Of a DNA stretch of 62,373 nucleotides, positions 1 through 9,818 are shown in pieces. The notes beneath the pieces are model-generated. The model saw only the letters and a program-made list of their open reading frames with translations. It was not told where the DNA came from and made no database searches. This stretch comes from Promethearchaeota archaeon (GTDB lineage Archaea; Asgardarchaeota; Lokiarchaeia; Sigyniarchaeales; SOKP01). A program made the position numbers and the translations under genes. Every line of letters starts with the position of its first letter. Within the stretch, counting starts at the first letter, position 1. The DNA lies in the NCBI GenBank assembly GCA_016839705.1, contig JAEOTR010000066.1:1-62373 (forward strand). The letters run 5' to 3'.

Positions 1-626
1 AACTGCTGGGTTTCTAATACATGAGCCAGGCTCTCCAAATTAACAATACCTCCGTCAATCCAAATTTTTTCAATACCTTTATTTTTCAACCCATTAATTA
101 TACTAATATTATTAGGTTGGTTCTTACCTGTTATATATTCATATCTCTGGGTGGATGTCATGTTTTCTGAACCGAGTATTAATACTACAGCAGATTTGAT
201 TTTAAATTTTTGGAGAATCTCTACTTCTTGTTTGTTTTTTAGATTTGAAATTGTGTTATAAATAAAGTCATCAGGATTTACACCTTGTTCTATTAGGTAT
301 TCAATTCCAGCAATTCGAGATTCAAAATTCCCACCTAAGACAAGAGGCGGGTCATAGTTTTCTAAAAAAAACTGAAGATATTTTATCATAGCTTCCGGTG
401 TTGTAGCGGAAATTTCAACCAAATTTGGAATTTTATATTTCTCCGATAATTGAATCTGTTTATCAATCCGTTTTTTAGCTTTTTGAGAGTCAAAAATTTG
501 AGGATTTTTTCTGTCGACAATGGTTTGATTTTGATAAAAGATAGTTCCAATTAAGAGAGGAGGGAGATCAAAATTTCCTTTACCCAACTTGATATCTCTA
601 TATTTGTAGAATTTAGAATCATTCAT
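1..626 (-). CDS. mtrH: Tetrahydromethanopterin S-methyltransferase subunit H-like methyltransferase (partial, runs off window start)
   Basis: Manual translation from ATG at 626 gives MNDSKFYKYRDIKLGKGNFDLPPLLIGTIFYQNQTIVD...; the P-x-L-x-GTIFY motif and 'FDSQKAKKRIDKQ' match the MtrH N-terminus. Absent from the ORF track because it is open at the edge. Confidence 0.7.
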   Translation of the reverse strand, partial: MNDSKFYKYRDIKLGKGNFDLPPLLIGTIFYQNQTIVDRKNPQIFDSQKAKKRIDKQIQLSEKYKIPNLVEISATTPEAMIKYLQFFLENYDPPLVLGGNFESRIAGIEYLIEQGVNPDDFIYNTISNLKNKQEVEILQKFKIKSAVVLILGSENMTSTQRYEYITGKNQPNNISIINGLKNKGIEKIWIDGGIVNLESLAHVLETQQ

Positions 627-715
627 ATATAGAATTAAATTGACTTTACTCCTTATATTATTTTTTACAAATTATAAAAATTTTGGATATTATCCCAAGA
701 TTACGGATAATTCTC

Positions 716-973
716 CTAGATTTTACCTAATTTAATAAGGATATCAAGTTCCGATATGAGCCAACAAAGCACATCATATGGGGGCGAAGTAAAGAATATT
801 TCCGCAGCTTTTTCTCTTTTTCTTGAATCTTGGTTAAACAGCTCATCCCTTTGGGCCCTAAGTTGTCTTTCTGCTAGCATATAACACAGTTTATCATATG
901 TAAAATTCTTCTGAGCAAGATAATAAGCGCCAACATTTATTTGATTCCTTAATTCATTATCTATATTACTCAT
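716..973 (-). CDS. Small helical protein with two DUF2934-like repeats
   Basis: Internal duplication: I..AYYLAQKNFTYDKLCYMLAERQL / R.KAAEIFFTSPPYDVLCWLISELDI. Confidence 0.55.
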   Translation of the reverse strand: MSNIDNELRNQINVGAYYLAQKNFTYDKLCYMLAERQLRAQRDELFNQDSRKREKAAEIFFTSPPYDVLCWLISELDILIKLGKI

Positions 974-1006
974 TTCAAGTAAATGTATTTAATTTTTGAT
1001 TTCTAA

Positions 1007-2212
1007 TTAATAAAGATGTAGTTTAACATCACAACTTTTACATTGTCCTTCTTTGAGTTTTTTAAAACAATCTTCATGGTAGAGCGTATTACATTCAAGA
1101 TTACCGCATTGAACTGCACGCTGTCCTTTCTCAAATATATAATGGCATACTGGACAAGCATTGAAAAGTGCATCTTCTCCAAGATAAGCTACATCTTCTA
1201 TATATTTTGCGGGAAAGATTTCAGGTCTTTGTATAGGTTCTTCTTTTGAAGGTCGACTAAGAACACGAAATTTTTGTATTTGGGTAACTTCAGTTGGGAT
1301 TTTTAACAGATAGAAGCAATGCGGACATCTAGCTGTACCTGATCTTTTCACAATATGATCTTTTTGAGAATCTGCCCATGCCGACAAGCAATGTATGTGA
1401 AATGGAGTGGTACAATTGGGGCAATAACGACCCGTTATATAGAAAGTTCCTTTAGTGTAAGGATTAATGTCAGAAAAGCAGATGGAGCATTTCTTATAAT
1501 CTCCTTCTCCTCTTATTTGCTTAACTCGTTGTTCTTGATCTTTTGTTAGATCTTGAACCCTTAATAAATCTGCAGCAATTTTTCTGAGAAATGCTGGATT
1601 TTCACTTATTAAATCATTATCTGTACCATATCTTTTATAATTATCATCAGCTATTTCACGTGCTGTTCTTGTTAAACTTTCAGAATCGTTAGTAAAGAAA
1701 TATCTACCACCAGATATATCGCTTAACCTTTTTAATATGTTTGTTTTTCCAATTTCCCCTACTAAAAAAGTATCTATTTTTATGTTTAATCCTTGAGCTA
1801 ATTTAGCCATTTTTAAAGGATCTACCGTGGATTTCATGATTTTACCATCAGAAATTAAGAGAATTCTAGGAGGTTTCGCACCAATCTTACGTAATTCTGC
1901 AATAACAGTTTTAATTGCTAAAGCTAACCCATCACCTAAAGCAGAATATCCACCACATGCTAATGAATCTAAGGCATCATTAAGATGAGTGATATAGCTT
2001 GAAGGAGTAAAATCGATGACTTTTTCGGCAGTGTCAGAAAATTTAATTAGAGCAAAAGTACTTAAACTGTCAACTTCAAAACGTTTGCTGATTAATTCCT
2101 TGAGAGCATTTATACAACTAAATAATCGATTAGGAGTGAAATCTTTTCGGTACATCGATCGAGAGGTATCCAAACAAATTACAATATTTTCAGGAACTCT
2201 TTGCTCAGCCAT
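1007..2212 (-). CDS. vWA domain protein (Ssl1/p44- or Rpn10-like N-terminus) with two C-terminal RING-type zinc fingers
   Basis: MIDAS-like DTSRSM and LISDG; CSIC...CPNC..FHIHC...CPHC and CPVC...C...C..YHEDC...CKSC. Confidence 0.8.
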   Translation of the reverse strand: MAEQRVPENIVICLDTSRSMYRKDFTPNRLFSCINALKELISKRFEVDSLSTFALIKFSDTAEKVIDFTPSSYITHLNDALDSLACGGYSALGDGLALAIKTVIAELRKIGAKPPRILLISDGKIMKSTVDPLKMAKLAQGLNIKIDTFLVGEIGKTNILKRLSDISGGRYFFTNDSESLTRTAREIADDNYKRYGTDNDLISENPAFLRKIAADLLRVQDLTKDQEQRVKQIRGEGDYKKCSICFSDINPYTKGTFYITGRYCPNCTTPFHIHCLSAWADSQKDHIVKRSGTARCPHCFYLLKIPTEVTQIQKFRVLSRPSKEEPIQRPEIFPAKYIEDVAYLGEDALFNACPVCHYIFEKGQRAVQCGNLECNTLYHEDCFKKLKEGQCKSCDVKLHLY

Positions 2213-2407
2213 TTTAGTATAGCAGTCTAAACTATTTATAATAGAAAAATTAACTACAGTGTTTTACTAATTAATCTATTTTTTAAATAGTAACAAATTA
2301 TTAGTCTTACAACTTTAATAATAATAATAAAATTTAATAGTATCTTATTTAACTATTAAAATTAAGAAGAAAAGTACAAAGATAAATCTAAACAAATCTG
2401 ATGTGGA

Positions 2408-3616
2408 ATGTCAGATAATAATAGTAAAAGTGTAATATTAAAAGATTTCTTTAAAAGGAATGTTCTTATTAGTGAAATTGAGGATATCCTGAGATTTAAA
2501 CCAGATACACTAATAGGAGTAGATAAAGTCAGTTCGGAGCAATTAGTCGCTAATGGTATAAAATCTGTAGCAGATTTAGCAAGTTTATCTGTTGCAAATC
2601 TTCCTGAAATAAGAGACATACTCCCCTCAATGTTACAAAAATGGGTAAAAATAGCTCAGGTCATTCAAAAAAATGTCAAAGAACATCTAAAAAGACATAA
2701 AAAGATTTTACTGACAGGCCTTGATAACGGGGGAAAAACATCCATTCTAGCAGTACTTCAAGAAAAATACTCAATTATTAAATCTCTTTTACCCACAAGA
2801 GGTGTAAAAAGAGAAAAACTGGATTTCTTTGGATTTCCCATAATAAGCTGGGACCTCGGTGGGCAAGTCCAATACAGGGAGAAACTTTATTTCAATCGAC
2901 CGGAATTATTTTTTACTGAAGCCGACATAATACTCTACGTAGTGGATTCACAAGATCCAGACAGGTTTCCAGAAGCAGCAAATTTCTTTAGAGAAGTGTT
3001 AAAAATTTTAGTAGAATTAAAGGAGAATCCATCTATTCTTGTTGTACTGAGTAAAAGTGATGAAGACATCCGTAAAACGCTTCAATGGCAGCAGAATGTA
3101 ACTACTATAAAGAATAAGTTTATAAGTATTGCAGAAAAATTCGAGCAGTTTGGCCTTGATTTCTGTGATACAACTGTATTCGTAAGAGAAACAATAATGC
3201 AGATGTTTAGTGTGGCTTTAAAGAAAGTATCTGATACCTCGGAAATAATAGAAAATATTTTAGAAGATTTCTCCCATCAAGTAGAAGGAAAAGCAGCAAG
3301 TCTTGTATCAATGGATGGTTTGATATTTGGAAGTTATACAAACACCGACACTGATGAGATGCTCGTGAATAATACAGCACTACTACTACAAACTTTATCT
3401 AACTTTTATAATTCTATCGGATTGATTCGTGAAAATTCAATAAGTATTGAGTTACCTCTGAATGGTTTTACAATCCGAGGTGAAAAATTATTTGAATATT
3501 CTGATCTTCATATCCCTGTATATTTATGGGGGCTCGTTGAAAATCCTAAAAAGTTAGAAGGCAAATTAGATTATTTCAAAGAGCAGTTGTTGCCCCTAAT
3601 TAATCTATTTCTCTAA
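2408..3616 (+). CDS. Small GTPase (Arf/Rag-like) with N-terminal helix-hairpin-helix and C-terminal roadblock/longin-like domain
   Basis: G1 GLDNGGKT, G2 PTRG, G3 WDLGGQ, G4 SKSD; N-terminal LIGVDKVSSEQLVANGIKSVADLA; C-terminal AASLVSMDGLIFGS. Confidence 0.85.
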   Translation: MSDNNSKSVILKDFFKRNVLISEIEDILRFKPDTLIGVDKVSSEQLVANGIKSVADLASLSVANLPEIRDILPSMLQKWVKIAQVIQKNVKEHLKRHKKILLTGLDNGGKTSILAVLQEKYSIIKSLLPTRGVKREKLDFFGFPIISWDLGGQVQYREKLYFNRPELFFTEADIILYVVDSQDPDRFPEAANFFREVLKILVELKENPSILVVLSKSDEDIRKTLQWQQNVTTIKNKFISIAEKFEQFGLDFCDTTVFVRETIMQMFSVALKKVSDTSEIIENILEDFSHQVEGKAASLVSMDGLIFGSYTNTDTDEMLVNNTALLLQTLSNFYNSIGLIRENSISIELPLNGFTIRGEKLFEYSDLHIPVYLWGLVENPKKLEGKLDYFKEQLLPLINLFL

Positions 3617-3815
3617 ACACAATTTTTTCCTTGGGAAATACATTATTCATTAATTTTTAACAATTATTGAAATTTGCGTAGAATCTAGATGTTAAAAATT
3701 TTTGTCTAAATCAGGTTTTTTAATCGTTTTATCAATGAAATCAGCATTTTTTGAAAAATCTTCATGAATAACTTGCTTATATTTTTCTAAACTCAACGAT
3801 TATCAACCATTCAAT

Positions 3816-4028
3816 TTACTTGATCTCATTATAAGCGGTTATCAGATAGACATTACATTTATCTAGCATTTCAATAGCCTTCTCTAAATTTTCGACCACT
3901 TGTATTAGGTTTTTATTTTCTGCAATATTTTTCCATTTTAGAAAACTCTCCTTATGGGATTCATTATGATCAGCCCAGTGTTTACATAATTTAGCCAACT
4001 TTAAAATATCTTTATCTTGTTTTTCCAA
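3816..4028 (-). CDS. Small protein with HWxxHNxxH putative metal-binding motif
   Basis: LCKHWADHNESH; TTG start. Confidence 0.65.
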   Translation of the reverse strand: MEKQDKDILKLAKLCKHWADHNESHKESFLKWKNIAENKNLIQVVENLEKAIEMLDKCNVYLITAYNEIK

Positions 4029-4170
4029 TACAAATCACATCCTAGGGATAAAAAGCATCGATTATTGAAATAGTCAATAACTCATTACCTTTTAGTTTTT
4101 CTATTTAATTAGGTTTAAGTAACCGAAGCTCATTAATGAATTACTTACTTTTACATTGAATTGGTTCTAA

Positions 4171-4389
4171 ATGCTTATTGTTGATGAAACAGGTGCCTAT
4201 GCAAATAAAGAAGCAGTTTCTGAATTTGTTGAATCTGGGAAAAAATCAAAAATTCTATTAAAAAAGACTGCTGTTGTTGGAATAACTGGAGTAAAGAAAA
4301 TTTTTCTGAATTTCGTGAATAAATTAACAAAATTGGGTGTAAAACCTGTATCCACCATAGAAGACGCGAAAGAATGGCTAATAAAATAG
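4171..4389 (+). pseudogene. C-terminal fragment of a STAS/SEC14 (SpoIIAA-like) protein
   Basis: KTAVVGITGVKKIFLNFVNK...EDAKEWL is the typical C-terminal half; no N-terminal part is seen upstream. Confidence 0.5.
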
Positions 4390-4512
4390 CCCGTAATTAC
4401 AGTGGAGAAGCTAAACTTAGATAACAAATTAAGGAGAAAGAAAAAAAATTTAGTTATAAATCAAACTTAATTTTAGTATATATTTTCATACTTTCATTAG
4501 TTAACTTCATAG

Positions 4513-5637
4513 TCATTTAGATATTCTCTTTGCCTTTGCTTGATCAATCTCGTTATATAAATCAGTTTCTGTCATCGGTGGTATATGATGTTTATCTTTT
4601 TTCTTAAGTTTGATTGCATCCGAAGGGCAAATATAAACGCAATTACCACATCCTATACAACGTTTACGATTTACTATAGAAATAGCATCTTCTTGTGAAA
4701 TTGCGTCCATTTGACAACGCTCTATACACATTTCACATCCCGTACATAAATCAGGGTCAATCTCAGCATAGTAATTGGTTGTGACAAAATCTGCTGGATT
4801 TGGTACCTGTTTTAAGCCAATTAAACCACCACAACAGCAACTACAACATGAACAAACGAAATCAATCATTTTTACGTTTCCTGGTCGGAATATTAAACCT
4901 TCTTCCTCATTCTTTTTTAAGGTTTCAAGAGCTTCTTGCCTAGTAATTTCGCGCCCCCAACCCAAATCGATGTATGTTTGAGCCATATCGCCAAATCCCA
5001 TACATGATTCTAATCGTGAAGTAGCATGGCAAGGTTCTCCCATGATTTCACGTTCTTGACGGCATATACAGTTAATTACTGCAAAAGGCCCCTCAATATT
5101 CTCGAAGAGTTCTTTAATATTATCATAATTAGCTATTTCGATTTCATGTTCAACTTCTAACCCAACTGGAATAGTACGCATTTGAGGAATAGGATTTTTC
5201 CCAGCTTCTATCCCCCATGCTTCTTGAATATACTGTTGGAAAGTTTCAAGAAATTCTTTTGTCAACTTATTTACTTGATATTCATAGATTCCTACAACCA
5301 ATAGAGCTAATCCGTAAAACTTTTTATTATCTACTTTTCTACCAAATATAGCTCCTTTTTTAAGCATGCTATCTAGATGCTTTTCTAATTCTTCTTTCGA
5401 GTATCCCATTGGTTTTAAACGCTCGTAAATACTCTCTAATGATTCTGTTGGTTTCCATGCAAATTTTAACTTAGCCGCGATTTTAGCCTCTTCAGGAGTA
5501 AAAAGATATTTAAGTAAACGTATCTCTATTCCCGTTTCTGTGGGAGGAAATCCAATTGGCATTTCATCAAGGGTTTTTTGTAATTGCCTATAGACATCTA
5601 CTTCAGATGTACTATCTTTTAAATTTTGAATAGTCAT
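4513..5637 (-). CDS. 4Fe-4S dicluster domain protein
   Basis: CICR, CSCCSCCCGG, CTGCEMCIERC and CIGCGNCVYICP. Confidence 0.85.
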   Translation of the reverse strand: MTIQNLKDSTSEVDVYRQLQKTLDEMPIGFPPTETGIEIRLLKYLFTPEEAKIAAKLKFAWKPTESLESIYERLKPMGYSKEELEKHLDSMLKKGAIFGRKVDNKKFYGLALLVVGIYEYQVNKLTKEFLETFQQYIQEAWGIEAGKNPIPQMRTIPVGLEVEHEIEIANYDNIKELFENIEGPFAVINCICRQEREIMGEPCHATSRLESCMGFGDMAQTYIDLGWGREITRQEALETLKKNEEEGLIFRPGNVKMIDFVCSCCSCCCGGLIGLKQVPNPADFVTTNYYAEIDPDLCTGCEMCIERCQMDAISQEDAISIVNRKRCIGCGNCVYICPSDAIKLKKKDKHHIPPMTETDLYNEIDQAKAKRISK

Positions 5638-5826
5638 TTTTAATCATAAATTTTGAGTTTAAAATTAAGCAAATAAAATACTAAATCGTTCTTATTCAAA
5701 CATATCACATTTTATTTAAAGTTGTTCTTGAACTTCTCCTTCAAATTTCAATCTATAAAGATAAAAATCATTATAATCTGAAGTAGCCAAAAAGAAGTTA
5801 AAATTTAATTAAAGAAAAAAAAAGAA

Positions 5827-8172
5827 TTATGTTCTACACATTCTTTCGAGTAAGGTTGGATCTATTATTTCTTTTGGTTCCCAACCTTTTTGTTTGAGGT
5901 ATTCATGTATTTCATCTTTCATATTAATAGGAATGTCTGCTTCTAGTCGAATAAATTTCTCTAGATCGTTCGGGAATTGAACTCCCTTGTATTTTCGTTC
6001 TAAGTCAATCCAGTGGGATAGTTTTATCATTCTTCCTTTAGAGTTATCAGCAGGTCTTATTGCTAATTTAGCAACTAAACAAATAGCTTGTTCAATGCTT
6101 TCTGCAGTTGTTAACAAATGTTCTGGACCAGGTCCAACTAGATGATCAGAAGACCCATCTCTTGCATTAAAGACTTTCCATGTACTTTCATCATCAGAAC
6201 GTCCAGTATACATTCTTCTATATTCTGCTGCATGTGGTCCGCATACTGCAGGAATACCTAAGCCATTAGCCATGCTAGCGATACTTGCTGCTTTTTGTGA
6301 CATAGCACCCCAGGCAACACCTACCGCACCAACTCTATTTAAGATATAATCTGCAATTTCCTCGAAATTTCCCCTCAATGGACGTCTCGCGAAAATATTA
6401 GCAACTTTAATCGCTGCACCTGTTATGTGAGGATTGCTAACACAGCTTCCAACGTTAACAAGGCATCCTCTATCAAAATCCCCAGGAAAACGATCATATA
6501 AGGTCTTGCCCTCCTCATCTTTTACCAGACCAATATCCATTGCTCCACAACCAGATACCACAACAATGTAATTTCTTATGAGAAATTCTTCTGCCATTTT
6601 ATATAATTCCTGAATTTCATGTGCATAACTTGCACATCCAATTATTGCTACTATTCCGGGAATCTCTCCAAGAACTATTGGAGCGCCTACATTTCTTATT
6701 TCAGTATCCAATATTGGTCCTCGTCCAGCTCTACAATTATAGGTTTCATTTCGAATATAATCTCTTGCAGCATATTGGAGTAATGTCAATGGTGACACAT
6801 TTTTCATACAATCCACCTCACATCTCCCGCAACCTAAACAGTCATCAAAAATACTTGCTAACAATGAAAAGTCTCCATCTTTCACTAAATTTACTCCTTC
6901 AACAAGCGGTAAATCATTTGGGCAATTTCGCTGACAGTTACCACATCCATTACAATTCATTGACATGTCAATACAACCTTGCTCATCCGGAATTCCACTT
7001 TTTGCATTTCTTATAGGTTTAACTTTTATTGCAGTTTCTGCAGCAACTGTGCCTGCTTTTATAGGATCTAGAATAAGTACTCCTGGTTCTTTCCCGCTTA
7101 CTAAATCATCTACAATTTCATCAACTGGATCTGCAGTTCTATCAGGTAACCCGCTCATATTCTTTTCATTTGTAGCAATAAAAGGAGCACCAATTAATTG
7201 AGCTTGTTCAAATGACCTTAGATTCACACATTGCTCATCAACCATAACAACATCAGGTATGCCTGATCGAAGAACATGAAGCTGTCTTGACATTGAGCCA
7301 ACAATTTTAGCACCATCATAATATCTGGTTAAATCATGGGCAGTACAGCAAATTGCGCCAACATCAACCTTATCCTCAACACCTTTTTCTCTTATATAAT
7401 CAACTAATTCAACTCCTGGGGCAACGTTATGACCAATCATCAATATTACTGCTTTATTGGTATCGAGTGTTCCCATGCCAAGTTCAACAATTGGAACATT
7501 AGGATCTCCCATAGGAAACCCATATGCTGCTATTTGAACGGCATCAGAAATTTCCATACCGACCGAATCTGCTAATCCAGCAAGAAAGCTTTTTGATTCA
7601 TAATCTAGATAACTCGATTCTTGACCAGTATGACCAGAAGCAAGTAGGTGAGTAATTGTATAATGGACCCATTCCATTGCGGCTTCTAGATCTTCTAAGG
7701 TTTCAGGTTTCATACCTACCACTAATCGGGTATGAGGCATCTCAACAGCTATATTATTTCCAAAATTAATCGGCACATTTCCATATTTTTCTTTTAACCA
7801 ATGGAGAAGATGATCACCATGCGCGGAATGACATGAAGCTCCAATACAACATGCAATTTCCACAATTCTCGCTTGTTGTGTTTCCATATTAATACCACAA
7901 GCACCTGTCCGCCCTTTCGAAAGATTGCATTTACCGTAAGTGCATAAACAACACATATCGCATATGGGCATATAGGTTGGGTTATAGCGATCCATTAATT
8001 GAAAAAACCAAGGACGTAGAGTTGGAATGTGGGGTTTAGGATGCGGCCCCATAGGTTCCCATTCAGTCTCATCTCCGTAAGATATTTTCCCCGTAGTCAG
8101 TTCGAATCCCTTAATCGACCCTAAAGGTCCCTTATATTCATCGATTTTAATTTTTGCGGCTTTTCTACTCAT
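5827..8172 (-). CDS. cdhA: CO dehydrogenase/acetyl-CoA synthase complex alpha subunit
   Basis: CDMCCLCTYGKC, HSAHGDH, GHN, ICCTAHD, VDEQC, two ferredoxin motifs, GSCVSN, WGAMSQKA. Confidence 0.95.
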   Translation of the reverse strand: MSRKAAKIKIDEYKGPLGSIKGFELTTGKISYGDETEWEPMGPHPKPHIPTLRPWFFQLMDRYNPTYMPICDMCCLCTYGKCNLSKGRTGACGINMETQQARIVEIACCIGASCHSAHGDHLLHWLKEKYGNVPINFGNNIAVEMPHTRLVVGMKPETLEDLEAAMEWVHYTITHLLASGHTGQESSYLDYESKSFLAGLADSVGMEISDAVQIAAYGFPMGDPNVPIVELGMGTLDTNKAVILMIGHNVAPGVELVDYIREKGVEDKVDVGAICCTAHDLTRYYDGAKIVGSMSRQLHVLRSGIPDVVMVDEQCVNLRSFEQAQLIGAPFIATNEKNMSGLPDRTADPVDEIVDDLVSGKEPGVLILDPIKAGTVAAETAIKVKPIRNAKSGIPDEQGCIDMSMNCNGCGNCQRNCPNDLPLVEGVNLVKDGDFSLLASIFDDCLGCGRCEVDCMKNVSPLTLLQYAARDYIRNETYNCRAGRGPILDTEIRNVGAPIVLGEIPGIVAIIGCASYAHEIQELYKMAEEFLIRNYIVVVSGCGAMDIGLVKDEEGKTLYDRFPGDFDRGCLVNVGSCVSNPHITGAAIKVANIFARRPLRGNFEEIADYILNRVGAVGVAWGAMSQKAASIASMANGLGIPAVCGPHAAEYRRMYTGRSDDESTWKVFNARDGSSDHLVGPGPEHLLTTAESIEQAICLVAKLAIRPADNSKGRMIKLSHWIDLERKYKGVQFPNDLEKFIRLEADIPINMKDEIHEYLKQKGWEPKEIIDPTLLERMCRT

Positions 8173-8519
8173 TTTTGTATCAATTTTTTTAGTTTATTAT
8201 TTTAAATTAATTATATTAATTATTCTTATCTTTGATTTTATTAAAGGTATTCTATGGAGATTAAGTGTATGATAATTTAAAAGTTGTTTATTATATTCCA
8301 AAGTTCATGACCGTGAAATACTAATAATTTATGAGTGTGAAATTTCACACACATTCTCTACCCAACCTAAAGAAACTAGAATAGCTTAATGAATTTATCA
8401 ACGACTTTTTCAAATTCTATTTAATATTCTTTTACTTTTTGTTTATCTTAAATTAGAAAGTAATGTGAAGGGGATTTCTAACGAAAATATTTATATCAAT
8501 CTTAATCATAAAGTTAACT

Positions 8520-9050
8520 ATGGATAAAAATCATAAAACTATTAAAATTAGTAAAGAATCCTATGAAAAAATCATCCGTCATTCGACAAATTATGCTAAC
8601 TCATCAATCCCAGAAGATCAATGGAAAATGGTTTATGGGTTATTATCCGGTTACTCAGATGATCAATATGTTTATGTAGTGAATACCCATCGAATAGCTA
8701 CTGGAAGTGCTAATGAAGTCTCATTAGGAGATCAGGATTATATTGAATTAGGCGAAATGGGTTACCAACTTGATTCTGAAGGAAAGGGACATTATATCGT
8801 TGGAAATTATCATTCAAAACCTGGGTTTGGTTTATACATGTCTTATACTGATTTAATGAGTTTATTTGCATTTCAAATACAAAATAGTGATTTTTTTACA
8901 CTAGTGTTTGACATTACATTAATGAATAAATCACTACCTAAGAGAAATCTTGGTATGGAGATATATCGATTAAGTGATATAGAAATGAATCCTAATAACA
9001 ATAGATTTGCAAATAACTATGAAAATGTTGATTTTACTATTGAAAATTAG
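8520..9050 (+). CDS. MPN/Mov34 (JAB) domain protein with degenerate JAMM motif
   Basis: xVYGLLSG...IVGNYHSKPGFGLYMSYTD resembles Rpn11/CSN5 EVMGLL...VGWYHSHPGFGCWLSxxD. Confidence 0.8.
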   Translation: MDKNHKTIKISKESYEKIIRHSTNYANSSIPEDQWKMVYGLLSGYSDDQYVYVVNTHRIATGSANEVSLGDQDYIELGEMGYQLDSEGKGHYIVGNYHSKPGFGLYMSYTDLMSLFAFQIQNSDFFTLVFDITLMNKSLPKRNLGMEIYRLSDIEMNPNNNRFANNYENVDFTIEN

Positions 9051-9051
9051 A

Positions 9052-9645
9052 TTATAGAGTAGAGAGAAATTCAGAAACAGTTTCTTCAGAATCTTCGTCT
9101 ACTAGACTATCATCTATTTGGTCTCCTATAAAATCAAATTTATAGGTACATTTCTCTTCATCTAACAATACGCATCCAATTTCTTCACCAGTAACATCCA
9201 TTTTTAGCACATCAAATATGCCATTAAATATTCCTTGGTATAGTAAACAAAGGTTTTTACTCATGATATTATCGCGTTCTTCACAGGCAAGAGAGTTCTC
9301 TACTTCAATTATGATATGGTCTTTCTTAAATATGCCCTTCAATTCACCAAATCCCATTAGTTCTATTGCTTCAAATGAGCCCAATAAGACTTCTTTTTTG
9401 GTTGCCATAGTTTCGCTACCCCAATCTTTGCTATAGAAGAATTTATCCATAAAATCTCTTCCCGTTGTCTTTCCTACCCAAATAAGTATATCGTCTGCGT
9501 TTGTACCTGCGAATTCAGAGAATTCAATCAAATCTATTGGTCTTAACATTAATAACTTTAAGTCTTTCTTTTTATCACCAAAAAAGAGTTGCCCCTTTTT
9601 CTCTTCGATATTAATTTGTAGCTCTTTTTTCAATCTTTTATCCAT
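9052..9645 (-). CDS. V4R-domain protein
   Basis: MGFGEL, NLCLLYQGIFNGIF, EIGC...CTYKF. Confidence 0.75.
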   Translation of the reverse strand: MDKRLKKELQINIEEKKGQLFFGDKKKDLKLLMLRPIDLIEFSEFAGTNADDILIWVGKTTGRDFMDKFFYSKDWGSETMATKKEVLLGSFEAIELMGFGELKGIFKKDHIIIEVENSLACEERDNIMSKNLCLLYQGIFNGIFDVLKMDVTGEEIGCVLLDEEKCTYKFDFIGDQIDDSLVDEDSEETVSEFLSTL

Positions 9646-9818
9646 AATATCTCCCCTAGTCTAATAGTTCTGAAACTTAAAAATTCTTGAAGAAGATGTT
9701 AGTTCTTATAATAGAAATTTAAATGGCTAGCTATTTAAATTTAATGTTTGAATAGTACAAGGTTATAATTTGTTTAATTTAGGGATTATTTCTTGATAAT
9801 AGAAGTGTCGAACCTCGT

